NCBI RefSeq assembly: GCF_004010195.1
Contig: NC_057720.1
Span: forward strand, 8,552,688 to 8,616,687
Length of the DNA stretch: 64,000 bases
Direction of reading: 5' to 3'
DNA from: Chiloscyllium plagiosum
Lineage: Eukaryota
Positions 12,530 to 25,825 of this stretch are shown one piece after another. Position 1 is the stretch's first letter. Each line of letters begins with the position of its first letter. The notes under the pieces were generated by a model, which was given only the letters and a program-made list of their open reading frames with translations, was not told where the DNA came from and searched no databases. The position numbers and the translations under genes were made by a program.

Positions 12530-13581
12530 GTAATGAAAGTGGATCATATAATGCTTTTCCATTATCAGTACTCCCTGAAAAAGTGCCATAAAGATGGATC
12601 ATCAGTCTATTTGCAAATGGGCCTTATTAAGAATGTGAAAACAGTCAGGGATGTGAAACAGCCAATTTCAATTGGACTCAAGAGCATCTAACCATCCACC
12701 CATAACATTCATAGAACATAGAACAATACAGCACAGAACAGGCCCTTCGGCCCACGATGTTGTGCCGAACAATTCAATGACATTACTATCCTTAATTCCC
12801 CCATTATCAACATCCTGAAGAATAACTATCAGAAACTGAAGAGGACAGGACTCACCATAAAAATATACTAACTGCAAAAGCAGATCAGAGGTTAAGAATC
12901 CAGTAGTAGATAACTCTCTGCCTGACTCCCCAAGGTCTATCAACCATCTACAAGGCACAAGTCAGGAGTGTGATGGAATACTCCCCACTTACCTGGATGA
13001 GGGCAGTTCCAACAACACTCAAGAAGCTTGACACCATCCAGGACAAAGAAGCACACTTAGCACTACATCCACAAGCATCTGCTCCCTCCACCACCAACGA
13101 TCAGATACAGCAGTGTGTAATATTGTTACAAAGTTGTGTGGAATACTCATGTATTGAAAGGCAGTGCATGGTCCCTTTAAGAGATAAAGTGTTTCTCAAG
13201 CTTGGAGATTTTTTTAAAAAAATGACTGCAAGCAACTCTAGGTGCACAGATAGTTCTAAAATGGAAACATGTAACAATTGGCTATGTGACTGGAAAACAT
13301 TAGGCTTGTTTGTTGTGTTGGTAACTAGCTTGAATCAGCCAATTAATTTAAACCAAACCCTTAGATACTGAAAACCTATCAAATTTAAATCTGATGGTGT
13401 TGACAACCTTGAACCAATCTGGTTGTAAAGAAATTAATAAGTAATCAAGGATATAAAAGGTGCGGGCATTTTGAAAATGCAGGGAGAGCCAATTGCCATC
13501 TGAAAACAGGGTAAACCTGCCATCTGAGAAATAAACACTGGGCTCCGACATGGAATCTCCACGCTCTCTGAAACAAAGCAC

Positions 13582-16500
13582 AGTGCAGGGATCCCCTGTG
13601 GCCATTCCCCTCAACAATATGTATACCGTTTTGGATAGAATTGGGGGGTGTGACTTACCAGGGGAAAGCAGTGGGGCACAGGGCTCTGGCGCAGAGTCTG
13701 TCCCTGCTGCTCAGAAGGGAAGGGGGAAGAGGAGCAGAGCAGCAGTCATTGGGGACTCCATAGTAAGAAGGACAGATAGGAGGTTCTGTGGGGACGAGAG
13801 AGACTCATGGTTGGTGTGTTGCTTCCCAGGTGCCAGGATTTGTGATATCTCTGATCGTGTTTTTGGGATCCTTAAGGGGGAGGGGGAGCAGCCCCAAGTC
13901 GTGGTCCATATAGTCACCAACGACGTAGGTAGGAAGAGAGATGGGGCTTTAAGGCAGAAATTCAGGGTGCTAGGATGGAAGCTTAGAGCTAGGACGAACA
14001 GAGTTGTTGTCTCTGGTTTGTTGCCCGTGCCACGTGCTAGTGAGGTGAGGAATAGGGAGAGAGAGGAGTTGAACATGTGGCTACAGGGATGGTGCAGGAG
14101 GGAGGGTTTTGGATTCTTGGAAAATTGGGGATCTTTCTGGGGTAGGTGGGACCTCTACAAGCAGGTCTTCATCTGAACCAGAGGGGTACCAATATCCTGG
14201 GGGGGAAATTCGCTAAGGCTATTGGGGTGGGTTAAACTAATCCAGCAGGGGGATGAGAACCAAAATTGTAGTTCAAGTATAGAAAAGGTTGAGAGTAGGC
14301 AGGTCCAAAATCAAGTTTCAGGGACGCAAGATGGCACCGGCAAGCAAGAAGTTGGTTTGAAGTGTGTCTACTTCAACACCAGGAGCATCCAGAATAAGGT
14401 GGGTGAACTTGCAGCATGAGTTGGTACCTGGGACTTTGATTTTGTGGCCATTTCAGAGACGTGGATAGAGCAGGGACAGGAATGGTTGTTGCAGGTTCCA
14501 CGATTTAGATGTTTCAGTCAGAACAGAGGAGATGGTAAAAGGTGGGGGGGGGGGGGGGGGGGGGTGGCATTGTTGGTCAAGGACAGTATTACTGTTGCAG
14601 AAAGGATGTTTGGGGACTCGTCAACTGAGGTAACATGGGCTGAGGTTAGAAACAGGAAAGAAGAGGTCACCCTGTTGGGAGTTTTCTACAGTTCTAGAGA
14701 TGTAGAGGAAAGGATAGCAAAAATGATTCTTGATAGGAGTGAGAGAGACAGGGTAGTTGTCATGGGGGACTTCAACTTTCCAAATATTGACTGGGAACAC
14801 GATAGTATGAGTACTATAGATGGGTCCGTTTTGGTCCAGTGTCAGGAAGCAGGAGGGCTTCCTGACACAGTATGTAGACAGGCCAACAAGGGGCGAAGCC
14901 ACATTAGATTTGGTACTGGGTAATGAGCCTGGCCAGGTGTTAGACTTGGAAGTAGGTGAGCATTTTGGTGATAGCAATCACAATTCTGTTATGTTTACTT
15001 TAGTGATAGAAAGGGATAGGTGTATACCACTGGGCAAAAGTTACAGCTGCGGGAAAGGCAATTACGATGCGATTAGGCAAGATTTAGAAGCATAGGATGG
15101 GGAAGGAAATTGCAGGGGATGGGCACATTAGAAATGTGGAGCTTATTCAAGGAAAAGCTCCTGCGTGTCCTAGATAAGTATGTACCTGTCAGGCAGGGAG
15201 GATGCTGTAGAGCATGGGAGCTGTGGTTTCGAAAGGAAATGGAATCTCTGGTCAAGAGGAAGAAGAAGGCTTATGTTAGGATGAGATGTGAAAGCTCAGT
15301 TAGGGTGCTTAAGGATTACAAGGTAGCCAGGAAAGACCTAAAGAGAGAGCTCCGAAGAGCCGGAGGAGACATGAGAAGTTGTTGGTGGATAGGATCAGGG
15401 TAAACCCCAAGGCTTTCTATAGGTATTTAAGGAATAAAAGAATGACAAGAGTAAGATTAGGGCCAATCAAGGACAGTAGTGGGAAGTTGTGTGTGGAGTC
15501 AGAGGAGATAGCGGAAGCACTAAATGATTACTTTTCAACAGTATTCACTCTAGAAAATGACAATGTTGTCGAGGAGAATACTGAGATACAGGCTACCAGA
15601 CTAGGTGGGATTGAGGTTCACAAGGAAGAGGTATTAGAAATCCCACAGAGTGAGAAAATAGATAAGTCCCCTGGGGCAGGTGGGATTTATCCTAGGATCC
15701 TCTGGGAAGCCAGGGAGGAGATTGCCAAGCCTTTGGCATTGATCTTTAAATCGTCATTGTCGACAGGAATAGTGCCAGAAGACTGGAGGATAGCAAATGT
15801 GGTTCCCCTGTTCAAGAAGGTGAGTAAAGACAACCCAGGTAATTATAGACCAGTAAGCCTTACTTCAGTTATTGGTAAAGTCTTGGAAAAGATTATAAGA
15901 GATAGGATTTATAATCATCTAGAAAAGAATAATTTGATTGGGGATACGGTTTTGTGAAGGCTAGGTCGTGCCTCACAAACCTTATTGAATTCTTTGAGAA
16001 GGTGACCAAACAGGTAGATGAGAGTAAACCAGTTGATGTGGTGTATATGGATTTCAGCAAGGCGTTCGATAAGGTTCCCCACAGTAGGCTATTGTACAAA
16101 ATGCTGAGGAATGGGATTGTGGGAGATATAGCAGTTTGGATCAANNNNNNNNNNNNNNNNNNNNNNNNNNNNNNNNNNNNNNNNNNNNNNNNNNNNNNNN
16201 NNNNNNNNNNNNNNNNNNNNNNNNNNNNNNNNNNNNNNNNNNNNNNNNNNNNNNNNNNNNNNNNNNNNNNNNNNNNNNNNNNNNNNNNNNNNNNNNNNNN
16301 NNNNNNNNNNNNNNNNNNNNNNNNNNNNNNNNNNNNNNNNNNNNNNNNNNNNNNNNNNNNNNNNNNNNNNNNNNNNNNNNNNNNNNNNCACTTGGAGTAT
16401 TGTGTACAGTTCTGGTCACTGCATTATAAGAAGGATGTGGAAGCTTTAGAAGGGGTGCAGAGGAGATTTATTAGGATGTTGCCTGGTATGGAGGGAAGGT

Positions 16501-16914
16501 CTTACGAGGAAAGGCTGAGGGACTTGAGGCTGTTTTCGTTAGAGAGAAGAAGGTTGAGAGGTGACTTAATAGAGACATATAAGATAATCAGAGGGTTGGA
16601 CAGGGTGGACAGGGAGAGCCTTTTTCCAAGTATGGTGACGGTGAGCACAAGGGGGCATAGCTTTAAATTGAGGGGTGATAGATATAGGACAGATGACAGA
16701 ATTTACTCAGAGAGTAGTAAGGGTATGGAATGCTTTGCCTGCAATGGTAGTAGATTCACCAACTTTAAGTACATTTAAGTCGTCATTCGACAAGCATATG
16801 GATGTACATGGATTAGAGTAGTTTAGATGGGCTTCAGACTGGTATGACAGGTCGGCGCGACATCGAGGGCGGAAGGGTCTGTACTGCGCTGTAATGTTCT
16901 ATGTTCTATGTTCT
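13582..16914 (+). mobile_element. CR1 LINE, 5'-truncated within ORF1 (SGNH esterase) plus frameshifted APE-RT ORF2
   Basis: Esterase VIGDSIVR..CCFPGAR..VVVHIVTND. APE AISETW, MGDFNFPNIDW, LDLVL..GDSNH. RT NYRPVSLTS, YMDFSKAFDKVPH. (tgttcta)n tail and TSD aaagcac. Confidence 0.95.
16145..16388. other. Assembly gap (N run) inside CR1 ORF2
   Basis: 244 N. Confidence 1.
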
Positions 16915-17484
16915 AAAGCACCATCTATTCCTAACGGTACACAGCACTCTTAATTAATATTCCTGACACCAGAATTCGGGAGAGAGAAACATTCAGAACA
17001 GAAGAAATTACAGGCAAACCATCCTTGACAGCAGAAAAGAGGCATTTGTGACTTGAGATCAGCAGGCGAAAGGATGGAGAGAGGAACTTTCTTGAAGACA
17101 CGTTTCTTGTGAACTTTGAGAGTCTAAATTTTAACTTATTGTTTTCTTATTACTTGGATTTTAAAAGTTGGACCGGTATTTTTGGATCAGTATACTATTC
17201 AGAATCTTGTTTTTTTTGGAGATAGGTAATTAGAGAAGGTTTGTTAGTATTTCTGCTAATTTGTTCACTGTTGGAGTTAGATAAATAAATTGTTACTTGC
17301 CAACTATTGAGTGAGTGAAAGGATTCCATTCCATTTAGCCACTCCTTTACAACAGATTGGGGGTAAGAGGTCGGTTATACCATTTCTCATACTTCTCTTA
17401 TTAGATTATGAGGTGAGGTGAGCTTCTCTGGGTGTTTCGGTTTTAATTATCAGAGGGATGTTGACCTTTGCTCCATAACACTAT

Positions 17485-17760
17485 TTGGAGATGCCGGTGT
17501 TGGGCTGGGGTGTACAAAGTTAAAAATCACACAACACCAGGTTATAGTCCAACAGGTTTAATTGGAAGCACTAGCTTTCGGAGCACTGATCCTTCATCAG
17601 GTGATTGTGGAGTACACAATTGTAAGACACAGAATTTTAAGTTTTAAATTCTGTGCCTTACAATTGTGTACTCCACAACCACCTGATGGAGCAGTGCTCC
17701 GAAAACTAGTGCTTCCAATTAAACCTGTTGGACTATAACCTGGTGTTGTGTGATTTTTAA
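17485..17760. mobile_element. Palindromic Penelope-like insertion (family B)
   Basis: Near-perfect ~120-bp inverted arms centred near 17640, plus a one-sided tail ttggagatgccggtgttgggctgggg. Confidence 0.9.
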
Positions 17761-18268
17761 CTATCTACAGGATGCAGTGCAAAAATTCACCAAGGGTCCT
17801 CTGACAACATCTTTCAAGTCCATGCACTGTCATCTAGAAGGACAAGTGTAGCAGATGCATAGGAACAACACCCACCAACAGGTCCCCAGAAAGCCACACA
17901 TGATCCAGATATGGAACTATCTCACTGTTCCTTCACTGTCACTGAGTCAAAATCCTTGAGCTCCCAAACAACATGACACTCAAGGATTGTAGTGGTTTAA
18001 GATGGCAGCTCAAAACCAGCTTCTCTTGTATAATTATATACGGCCAGTGATTCCCAGAAATAAATAAAATGAACACTACGTTTCATAGAACCCTGACAGT
18101 ATGGGAGCAGGCCCTTTGGCCCAATGCATCCACGGCAACCCTCTGAAGAGTAACCCACCCAGACTCATTCCCCCACCCTATTACTCAACATTTACCCCAG
18201 ACTAATGCACCTAACTTACTCAACATTTACCCCAGACTAATGCACCTAACTCCTGGGCAGGAGGTGGC

Positions 18269-19023
18269 GGGTGCTAATCTCACATGGGTCACTTTTAGTG
18301 TGAATACAAACGCAAAGTGGAGAACTGAGTCCAATCTGCTTGAAGGAACAATCTGCTTGATCTCCAAGAAGGAACACTACGTTGTGTCCAATTAAAAACA
18401 CTGGCCTTGACTACGCATGTAGCTGCAGTGATTCTATTGGCCAATTTGGCATCTGGATGAGTAGGTGGATCGGTGCAAGGGGAGGCAGCAGGTGAGTGAG
18501 GAGGGGCAACAGGCACTGAAGCAGCCCCCAGCTTGGGCAGGGTCCCTCCCTGGGGTGGGAGATGATCAGGTGGTGGATGATGTTGGTGATGGATGACAGA
18601 GGGTGCAAGCATGATGAATGCGCTTTGGCCGAGGTGACTTCCTCCATCTTTTAACTCCCTCCAGTTCCTCCCCTCACTGATCCCTACTCTGGTGTTGTCA
18701 GTGAACCACACATGTGTATCCTGCCAATGTTCCTCCTAAGCTGCTCCGAGTGTGTGAGGGGGTCCATGTGCGCTGATCGAAATGTTGACTGTTTGGCTTT
18801 TGCTTCCAGGAGCTGCTACTGGGCACTGTCCTACTGCTTGCCTCTCAGACTGATCCACCTGCTCATTTGGACACTGAAATTGGCCAAGAAAATGGCTGCC
18901 GCTACATGGGTAGTCAAGGCTCAGTAATGTCAGCTGGCCACCGCATTGTGTTCCCACAAGCAGCGTCACACTCCATGTTAGAGCGGTGTTCACAATAAAG
19001 TGACCTTTGTGAGATTAGCACCC
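18269..19023. mobile_element. Non-autonomous TIR DNA transposon (MITE-like)
   Basis: TIR gggtgctaatctcacatgggtcacttttagtgtgaa versus ttcacaataaagtgacctttgtgagattagcaccc. An internal ~85-bp inverted pair lies at 18403-18490 / 18830-18920. Confidence 0.75.
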
Positions 19024-20287
19024 CCTGGAGGTAGTAGAGAAAGAAATCGATGGGCACTTCATTTATGATGGATTGGCCATGAGGAGTCAGGAGGAGAATT
19101 ACCCATTACCGCTGGGGAAGGCCCTCAGAATGGTAAATGGATGCAATGCTGCTTCCCAAGGCCTTAGTAATGTCACGGGCAGGTAAGCGGGGGCTGTTTT
19201 GGCATTTTATACTACTTAAAAAGAGCATTTAAAGGAATTCTATTCATGAAAAAAAGTTTATCAATCGTCTGCAGCAAGATTTCAAGTCACATTTCTAGCT
19301 TAATGCAGGCTTTCAGAAAATAGTTGTTTTGTCATTCATTCAATCGATACAGTGTAGACTGAGTATGGATCAAAGGACACCTCTACACATGATCTGACTA
19401 CTTCTGAGTGTAGTTATCTGAAAGGGATACATTATTTGTAACCAATTAAAATAATTAGATTAGGTTTTTTTAACTTTAACCTGACCTGTTACAAACCCCA
19501 TTGACAATCAATGGAAACGATCTCTGACATAAAACAATATCACGTATCTTTTTTGAAGTTTGTATTCTTTCATTATGAAACATATTTATAAAAATAAATA
19601 TTACTTTAGATTGTAAGTCAGTAATTGCAGCTGAGTAATGTCGTAGTTAGGATCAATGCAGAGATTCTTACATGTCTCGTGAATGCAAGCCTAAAATTTG
19701 ACAGCTTGGATCTATTGAGTTTTTGATTCTTATCTTGACTCCAGAAAGCAGAAAACCAGACTTTTCTAAAAGCCAGACATGTCCATCGTAATGCATGTAT
19801 CAATTTGATCAGAAATATTTCCTGGTCTATTCAGCTAGGTCTTGCAGAGTGGCTGCAGAGTAGTTGTTTGCATGCCTGTCTACCTGAGTGACCCTTGACT
19901 TCACCCAACCCAGTCTGATCCAAAACACTTAGTGTGAAATCTGAAAGTAACCAAAACCCAATATCGTTTTTTTCCCAAGAGTACTGGATTTGAGGTACTG
20001 TGCCTATATGTCTCAATGCAGGAGTGTAACATGCTCCCCTTCCTCAATGTATTACTTGGGAAATCTGCCAGACCATTCTCCCTTACTGTCAGCTGAAATC
20101 ATACCCTCACTGGTTAATACACACAGCAGAATTCCCACAGCTTCAACTTCTTCAAGATTAGCCGAGGAGACAATATCGTAAATAGGTTTTGAGTCATTTG
20201 TTCACCTGTCAGTTTAGGTGCTGAAATTGGCTGCATTAAAGGTACTGTATCCCGTCGGATATTGGCTACCCCAATTAAATCATTTAG

Positions 20288-20418
20288 CAAACCACATCAT
20301 GCATACTCCTGAAACAGGCTAAGGCTTGGTCTGTCCTAGGTATACTTGAAGGATTCAGTATCTCCCTAACAGCAACAGAAAAACCTGACCATTTTACATG
20401 CTACAGTACAGGTGCAAG
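20288..20418 (+). CDS. Putative internal exon (QTTSCILLKQAKAWSVLGILEGFSISLTATEKPDHFTCYSTGA); alternative in-frame acceptor at 20318
   Basis: catttag| acceptor and strong CAAG|gtgagt donor. 131 nt, phase 0 to 2, fits both neighbours. Confidence 0.65.
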
Positions 20419-20766
20419 GTGAGTGGCTTTTCTTCCCACCATCAGAATCTGCCATCAAGTTAGAATAACATTCTGCCTGCCATAAAAATAAATGTGGTTT
20501 GTGAATGTTAATGCCAGTGTGATGCCTTTATGTTCCACAGCATGGTGGATTGGATTAACTAACAATATCTCTGGTTGTTCAGAACAGAATGAACACACAC
20601 GGTATGGAAATAAGGCAAAGAACTGCCAATGCTGGAGATCTGAAACACACAAAAACAGAAATTACTGGAAAAATGCAGCAAGCCTGGTAGTATCCATGAA
20701 AAGAAAACAAAATTAATATTTCCAATCCAGTGATCTCAGAGAAAACAGGGTAAATGTTTTGAGTTA

Positions 20767-21812
20767 TCATAGAGTCATAGAGATGTACAGCATGGAAACA
20801 GACCCTTCGGTCCAACCAGTCCATGCCGACCAGATATCCCAACCCAATCTAGTCCCACCTGCCAGCACCAAGCCCATATCCCGCCAAACCCTTTCTATTC
20901 ATATACCCATCCAAATTTCTTTTAAATGTTGCAATTGTACCAGCCTCCACCACTTCCTCTGGCAGCTCATTCCACACACGTACCACCTTGTGCATGAAAA
21001 CGTTGCCCCTTAGGTCTTTTTTATATCTTTCCCCTCTCATCTTAAACCTATGCTCTTGAGTTCTGGACTCCCTGACCCCAGGGAAAGGACTTTGCCGATT
21101 TACCCTATCTATGCCCCTCATAATTCCTCTCATCTTAAACCTATGCTCTTGAGTTCTGGACTCCCTGACCCCAGGGAAAGGACTTTGCTGATTTACCCTA
21201 TCTATACCCCTCATAATTTTGTAAACCGCTATAAGGTCACCCCTCAGTCTCCGACGTTCCAGGGAAAACAGCCCCAGCCTGTTCAGCCTCTCCCTGTAGC
21301 TGAGATCCTCCAAACCTGGCGACATCCTTGTAAATCTTTGCTGAACCCTTTCAAGTTTCACAACATCTTTCCAATAGGAACGAGACCAGAATTGCACCAA
21401 TATTCCAACAGAGACCTAACCAATGTCCTGTACAGCCGCAACATGACCTCCCAACTCCTGTACTCAATACTCTGATCAATAAACGAAAGCATACCAAACA
21501 CCTTCTTCACTATCCTATCTACCTGTGACTCCACTTTCAAGAATCCATGAACCTGCACTCCAAGATCTCTTTGTTCAGCAACACTCCCTAGGACCTTACC
21601 ATTAAGTGTATAAGTCCTGCTAAGATTTGCTTTCCAAAAATGCAGCACCTCGCATTTAACTGAATTAAACTCCATCTGCCACTTCTCAGCCCATTGGCCC
21701 ATCTGGTCAAGATCCTGTTGTAATCTGAGGTAACCCTCTTCGCTGTCCACTAAACCTCCAATTTTGGTGTTATCTGCAAACTTACTAACTGTGCCTCTTA
21801 TACCTGCATCCA
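20767..21812 (-). mobile_element. CR1 (HER1-like) LINE 3' fragment with an internal ~93-bp tandem duplication
   Basis: KFADNTKIGG, WAEKWQMEFN, LERVQQRFTRM..LFSLERRRLRGDLI. (ctatgact)n tail. Confidence 0.9.
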
Positions 21813-22559
21813 AAGAGTTGTTACCTTTCTTAGAGAAAACAGATTTAATGTTTTGAGCCCAGTCACTGTTCTTAGTAATCACTGGACTGGATACGTTGAC
21901 TTTGAATTTTATCCACAGATTCTGCCAGAGCTGCTGAGTTTCTCCAAAAATTTCTGTTTTTGTGTGTTACTGACCACATGTAACCAGGTCATGCTTTCAA
22001 AACTAAGAACATATGCTTAATGTTAAGTATGTTCCTGCAATTGGGCAGTACTTGCAAAATCCTGAGTGCGTTGGGACAATTAATTTATAGTTGTCATTGA
22101 CTCATAATGTGGCTCACTTATGCTTGTTCAAAGTGATATGTTTGCAGGTGGAGAGGTTCCCCTCTAAAGACATAAGAAGCAGGTCCAAACATTGTACCTG
22201 CTTTAAATTATGTTTATAAAAAATGGGACAATAGCTTCCTGGAGTATTCTCCTTGGCTGCCTTTTATCAGCAATACATAAAGTTGTGTACTCCAAAGTGA
22301 TCACTGGGTTTTTAATTTCCTGTCTTTCCAAATTCAATTATTTGCTCATTACATTTTTAACTCACATTTGAAATCACACTGCAATATCAGCAATGAACAT
22401 ATTAGCCTGTCCCTGTAAAAAGTTTTTGACCACAACAGCAAATTGTTTAAATAAAATCATTAGAGTCTTTGTTAAAACAGCAGACAGAGAAATTTGATAT
22501 AAGCATGTTAATGCATTTGTTATTAAAGCAGCACTTCAACTGCTGGGTACAACAACATC

Positions 22560-23000
22560 AATTTGCATTTAGATAGCCCATTTAAGGATATTAAACATCC
22601 CAAGGCATTTCACAGAAACAACTTTGAAAATCACATGAAGAATTATTAGTAGTGACCAACAGTTTAATCAAACAGGTAGATTTTAGAATTGTCTTAAAGG
22701 TGGAAAGGGCACAGAGGCAAAAAGCAAAAGTTTGGAAGTGAGGCAGCAATGGAAATTGGAGATGATCGAGAAAACAGAACTGAAGAAACACAGATATAAC
22801 AGAGGGCTGGAAGGGCTGACAGACATAGGGAGGAGTGGAGCCATGGAGGGATTGGATATAAGAATGAGATGATTAGTCAGCATCGGTCAGGAAACACAAG
22901 GCAAATGGCACGGGACTCAGTGCGAGGTAGGATATGAACATTGGAGGTTTGGATGAGCTCACATTTATGGTAGGGGTTGCAGCTGAAACAGAGCAAGTGA
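22560..23000 (-). mobile_element. Old L2 LINE 3' fragment
   Basis: Reverse complement ends ..ccttgggatgttt..ggctatctaaatgcaaat, the L2/DeuSINE-type tail. Confidence 0.55.
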
Positions 23001-23014
23001 ATGTCTTGGTTAAT

Positions 23015-23810
23015 GAGTGGGAGAGACATACAGAGTGAGCAACAATCAGACAGACAACAACTGAGGGAGAGGAGCAATTGGAGAGATGGAGACAAAGGAA
23101 TTAAAAGAGTTAAAAATCACACAACACCATAGAGTCATAGAGATGTACAGCATGGAAACAGACCCCTTGGTCCAACCCGTCCATGCCGACCAGACATCCC
23201 AATCCAATCTAGTCCCACCTGCCAGCACCGAGTGCGTATCCCTCCATACCCTTCCCATTCATATACCCATCCAAATGTCTCTTAAATGCTGCAATTGTAC
23301 CAGCCTCCACCACTTCCTCTGGCAGCTCATTCCATACATGTACCACCCTCTATGTGAAAAAGTTGCCCCTTAGATCTCTTTTATATCTTTCCTCTCTTGT
23401 CCTAAACCTATGGAGTGGGAGAGACATACAGAGTGAGCAACAATCAGACAGACAACAACTGAGGGAGAGGAGCAATTGGAGAGATGGAGACAAAGGAATT
23501 AAAAGAGTTAAAAATCACACAACACCATAGAGTCATAGAGATGTACAGCATGGAAACAGACCCCTTGGTCCAACCCGTCCATGCCGACCAGACATCCCAA
23601 TCCAATCTAGTCCCACCTGCCAGCACCGAGTGCGTATCCCTCCATACCCTTCCCATTCATATACCCATCCAAATGTCTCTTAAATGCTGCAATTGTACCA
23701 GCCTCCACCACTTCCTCTGGCAGCTCATTCCATACACGTACCACACTCTATGTGAAAAAGTTTTCCCTTAGATCTCTTTTATATCTTTCCTCTCTTGCCC
23801 TAAACCTATG
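23015..23810. repeat. 398-bp tandem duplication (23015-23412 / 23413-23810)
   Basis: ORF pairs 23046/23444 and 23086/23484 are offset by 398. The copies differ only in the last ~80 bp. Confidence 0.95.
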
Positions 23811-24343
23811 TCCTCGAGTTCTGACCTGCCCGACCCCAGGGAAAAGGCTTTGCCTATTTACCCTATCCATGCCCCTCATAATTTTGTAAACCTCCACAAG
23901 GTCACCCCTCAGCCTCCGACGCTCCAGGGAAAACAGCCCAGTTTGTTCAGCCTCTCCCTATAGCTCAAATCCTCCAACCCTGGCAACATCCTTGTAAATC
24001 TTTTTTGAACCCTTTCAAGTTTCACAATATCTTTCCAATAGGAAGGAGACCAGAATTGAACGTAATATTCCAACAGTGGCCTAACCAATGTCCTGTACAG
24101 CCGCAACATGACCTCCCAACTCCTGTACTCACTACTCTGACCATTAAAGGAAAGCATAACAAACACCTTCTTCACTATCCTATCTACCTGCGACTCCACT
24201 TTCAAGGAGCTATGAACCTGCACTCCAAGGTCTCTTTGTTCAGCAACACTCCCTAGGACCTTACCATTAAGTGTATAAGTCCTGCTAAGACTTGATTTCA
24301 CAAAATGCGGCACCTCGCATTTATCTGAATTAAACTCCATCTG
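23528..24343 (-). mobile_element. CR1 LINE 3' fragment lying between two family B arms
   Basis: ORF 23909-24340: MEFNSDKCEV..LVRPLLEYYVQFWSP..LERVQKRFTRMLPG. Confidence 0.9.
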
Positions 24344-25825
24344 CCTGGTGTTGTGTGATTTTTAGCTTTGTCCACTCCAGTCCAACACCAGAATCTCCAC
24401 ATGAATTAAAGAGAGTGAGAGGAACAACTTGAAGAGAGAGGAACAATCAGAGAGCAGGAGAAAGGAACAGAGAGGGAAAGGAACCATCAAAGAGAGAAAC
24501 AGAATAACAATTGGAGAGGGAGGGACACAAGGCCAATCAGAGATACAGAGGGACAGAATAGTAATTGGAGAGAGAGGAAGAAAGGAAAATGAAGAAGGAG
24601 TTAGGTATGACTGCGGCATGGGAAAGCAGAGTGGAAGACAAACAAAAATACAAAGAGCAGAAGCATACCATGTTTGCCAGTGAGTAAGAGATGATCAGTA
24701 TTTAATTCTTTTGTTTTTGAACAAAAAGCGAAGGTTAGACCACATTCGGACACTGTGGTTCTATGGAACTTCAGTTACCAAAACAATAAGTGATATTGAG
24801 AAACTCGCAAAGGTGTAATGAATATTAGGATCCTATCAGAACTGAGAGCTTGTACCCTGCAGGAAAGACTAAACCAGTTAGAAATCTTGACTCCTGAAAG
24901 AAAAGTCTAAGAGATGACCTTGCAGATGTCTATAAGATGATGAAAGAGATTGATAGATGCATGTAGAGAAGATTTTTCCACTCATGAGGGATGTTAGAAC
25001 TTGGAGCTATCAGTGGTGTGTTATTGTCTGAGACCAACTAGAACTAAGGAACATTTAGAACAAAGAACAGTACAGCACAGGAACAGGCCCTTCGGCCCAC
25101 CAAGCCTGTGCCAACACGTGACATCTTTCCAAACGAAAAACCATTATTTTCTATATGATCCATACTCTTCTATTCTCTGCCTATTCATGACTCTGTCAAG
25201 ATGTCTCTTTAACGTTGCTATCGTACCTGCTTACACCACCTCCTCAGGCAACGTGATCCAGGCACTTACCATCCTCTGTATAAATAACTTGCCTCTCACA
25301 TCTCCTTTAAACTTTCTCCATTTTAACTTAAACTTTTATCCCCCAGTAATTGATATTTCTACCATGGGAGAAAGACTCTGACTATCCATTCTGTTCATGC
25401 CTCTCATAATTTTGAAAACAACTATCTGTTTGCCCCTCATCCTGAGACACTCAAATGAAAACAAACCAAGTTTGTCTTATCTCTCCTCATAGCTAATACT
25501 GTCCAAATTAGGCAACTTCCTGGTAAACCTTGTTGATAATTACATGTTACTTAAGACATAACTGGTTGAGAATGGGGTGTAATATATGGGTGTCAATCAT
25601 TGTGTGGTTTGTTGAAGCTTGCAATGCCTGAGCTGGAATAAAGCTCTGACCAGAAAACATACCTGGACTCTGTCTAACTAACCTTTAACATCTGGTGTTT
25701 AATGTATTACAGTTCATGTAAAGAGTCTGAATTGCTGTAACACCATGCAACTTTACATGAACATTGTAGTCTGGAGTATTGGGCAATGATTCCAATATCT
25801 TTCCATCGCATTGAAGACTAGCAAG

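Larger units (their letters stand above)
13124..17480 (+). mobile_element. Solo LTR (~1 kb, TGTTA...TAACA) interrupted by a CR1
   Basis: Termini tgttac / ataaca, 4-bp TSD atat/ctat, TATA-like and AATAAA motifs. Shares blocks with 50169-51112 and 53410-55418. Confidence 0.7.
12775..18070 (+). mobile_element. L2/CR1-group LINE fragment split by nested insertions (pieces 12775-13123 and 17761-18070)
   Basis: MMEYSPLTWMRAVPTTLKKLDTIQDK, then ..cagtgtgta[insert]ctatctacaggatgc continuity across the insertions. Confidence 0.7.

Noticed and set aside
15954..16778. 274-aa RT ORF and other X-containing ORFs (also 47435-47921)
   Set aside because: The openness spans assembly gaps. CR1 ORF2 is frameshifted upstream, so it is not an intact gene.
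19030..19190. Strong donor CAG|gtaagc at 19183
   Set aside because: No clear upstream acceptor gives an exon compatible with the chain.
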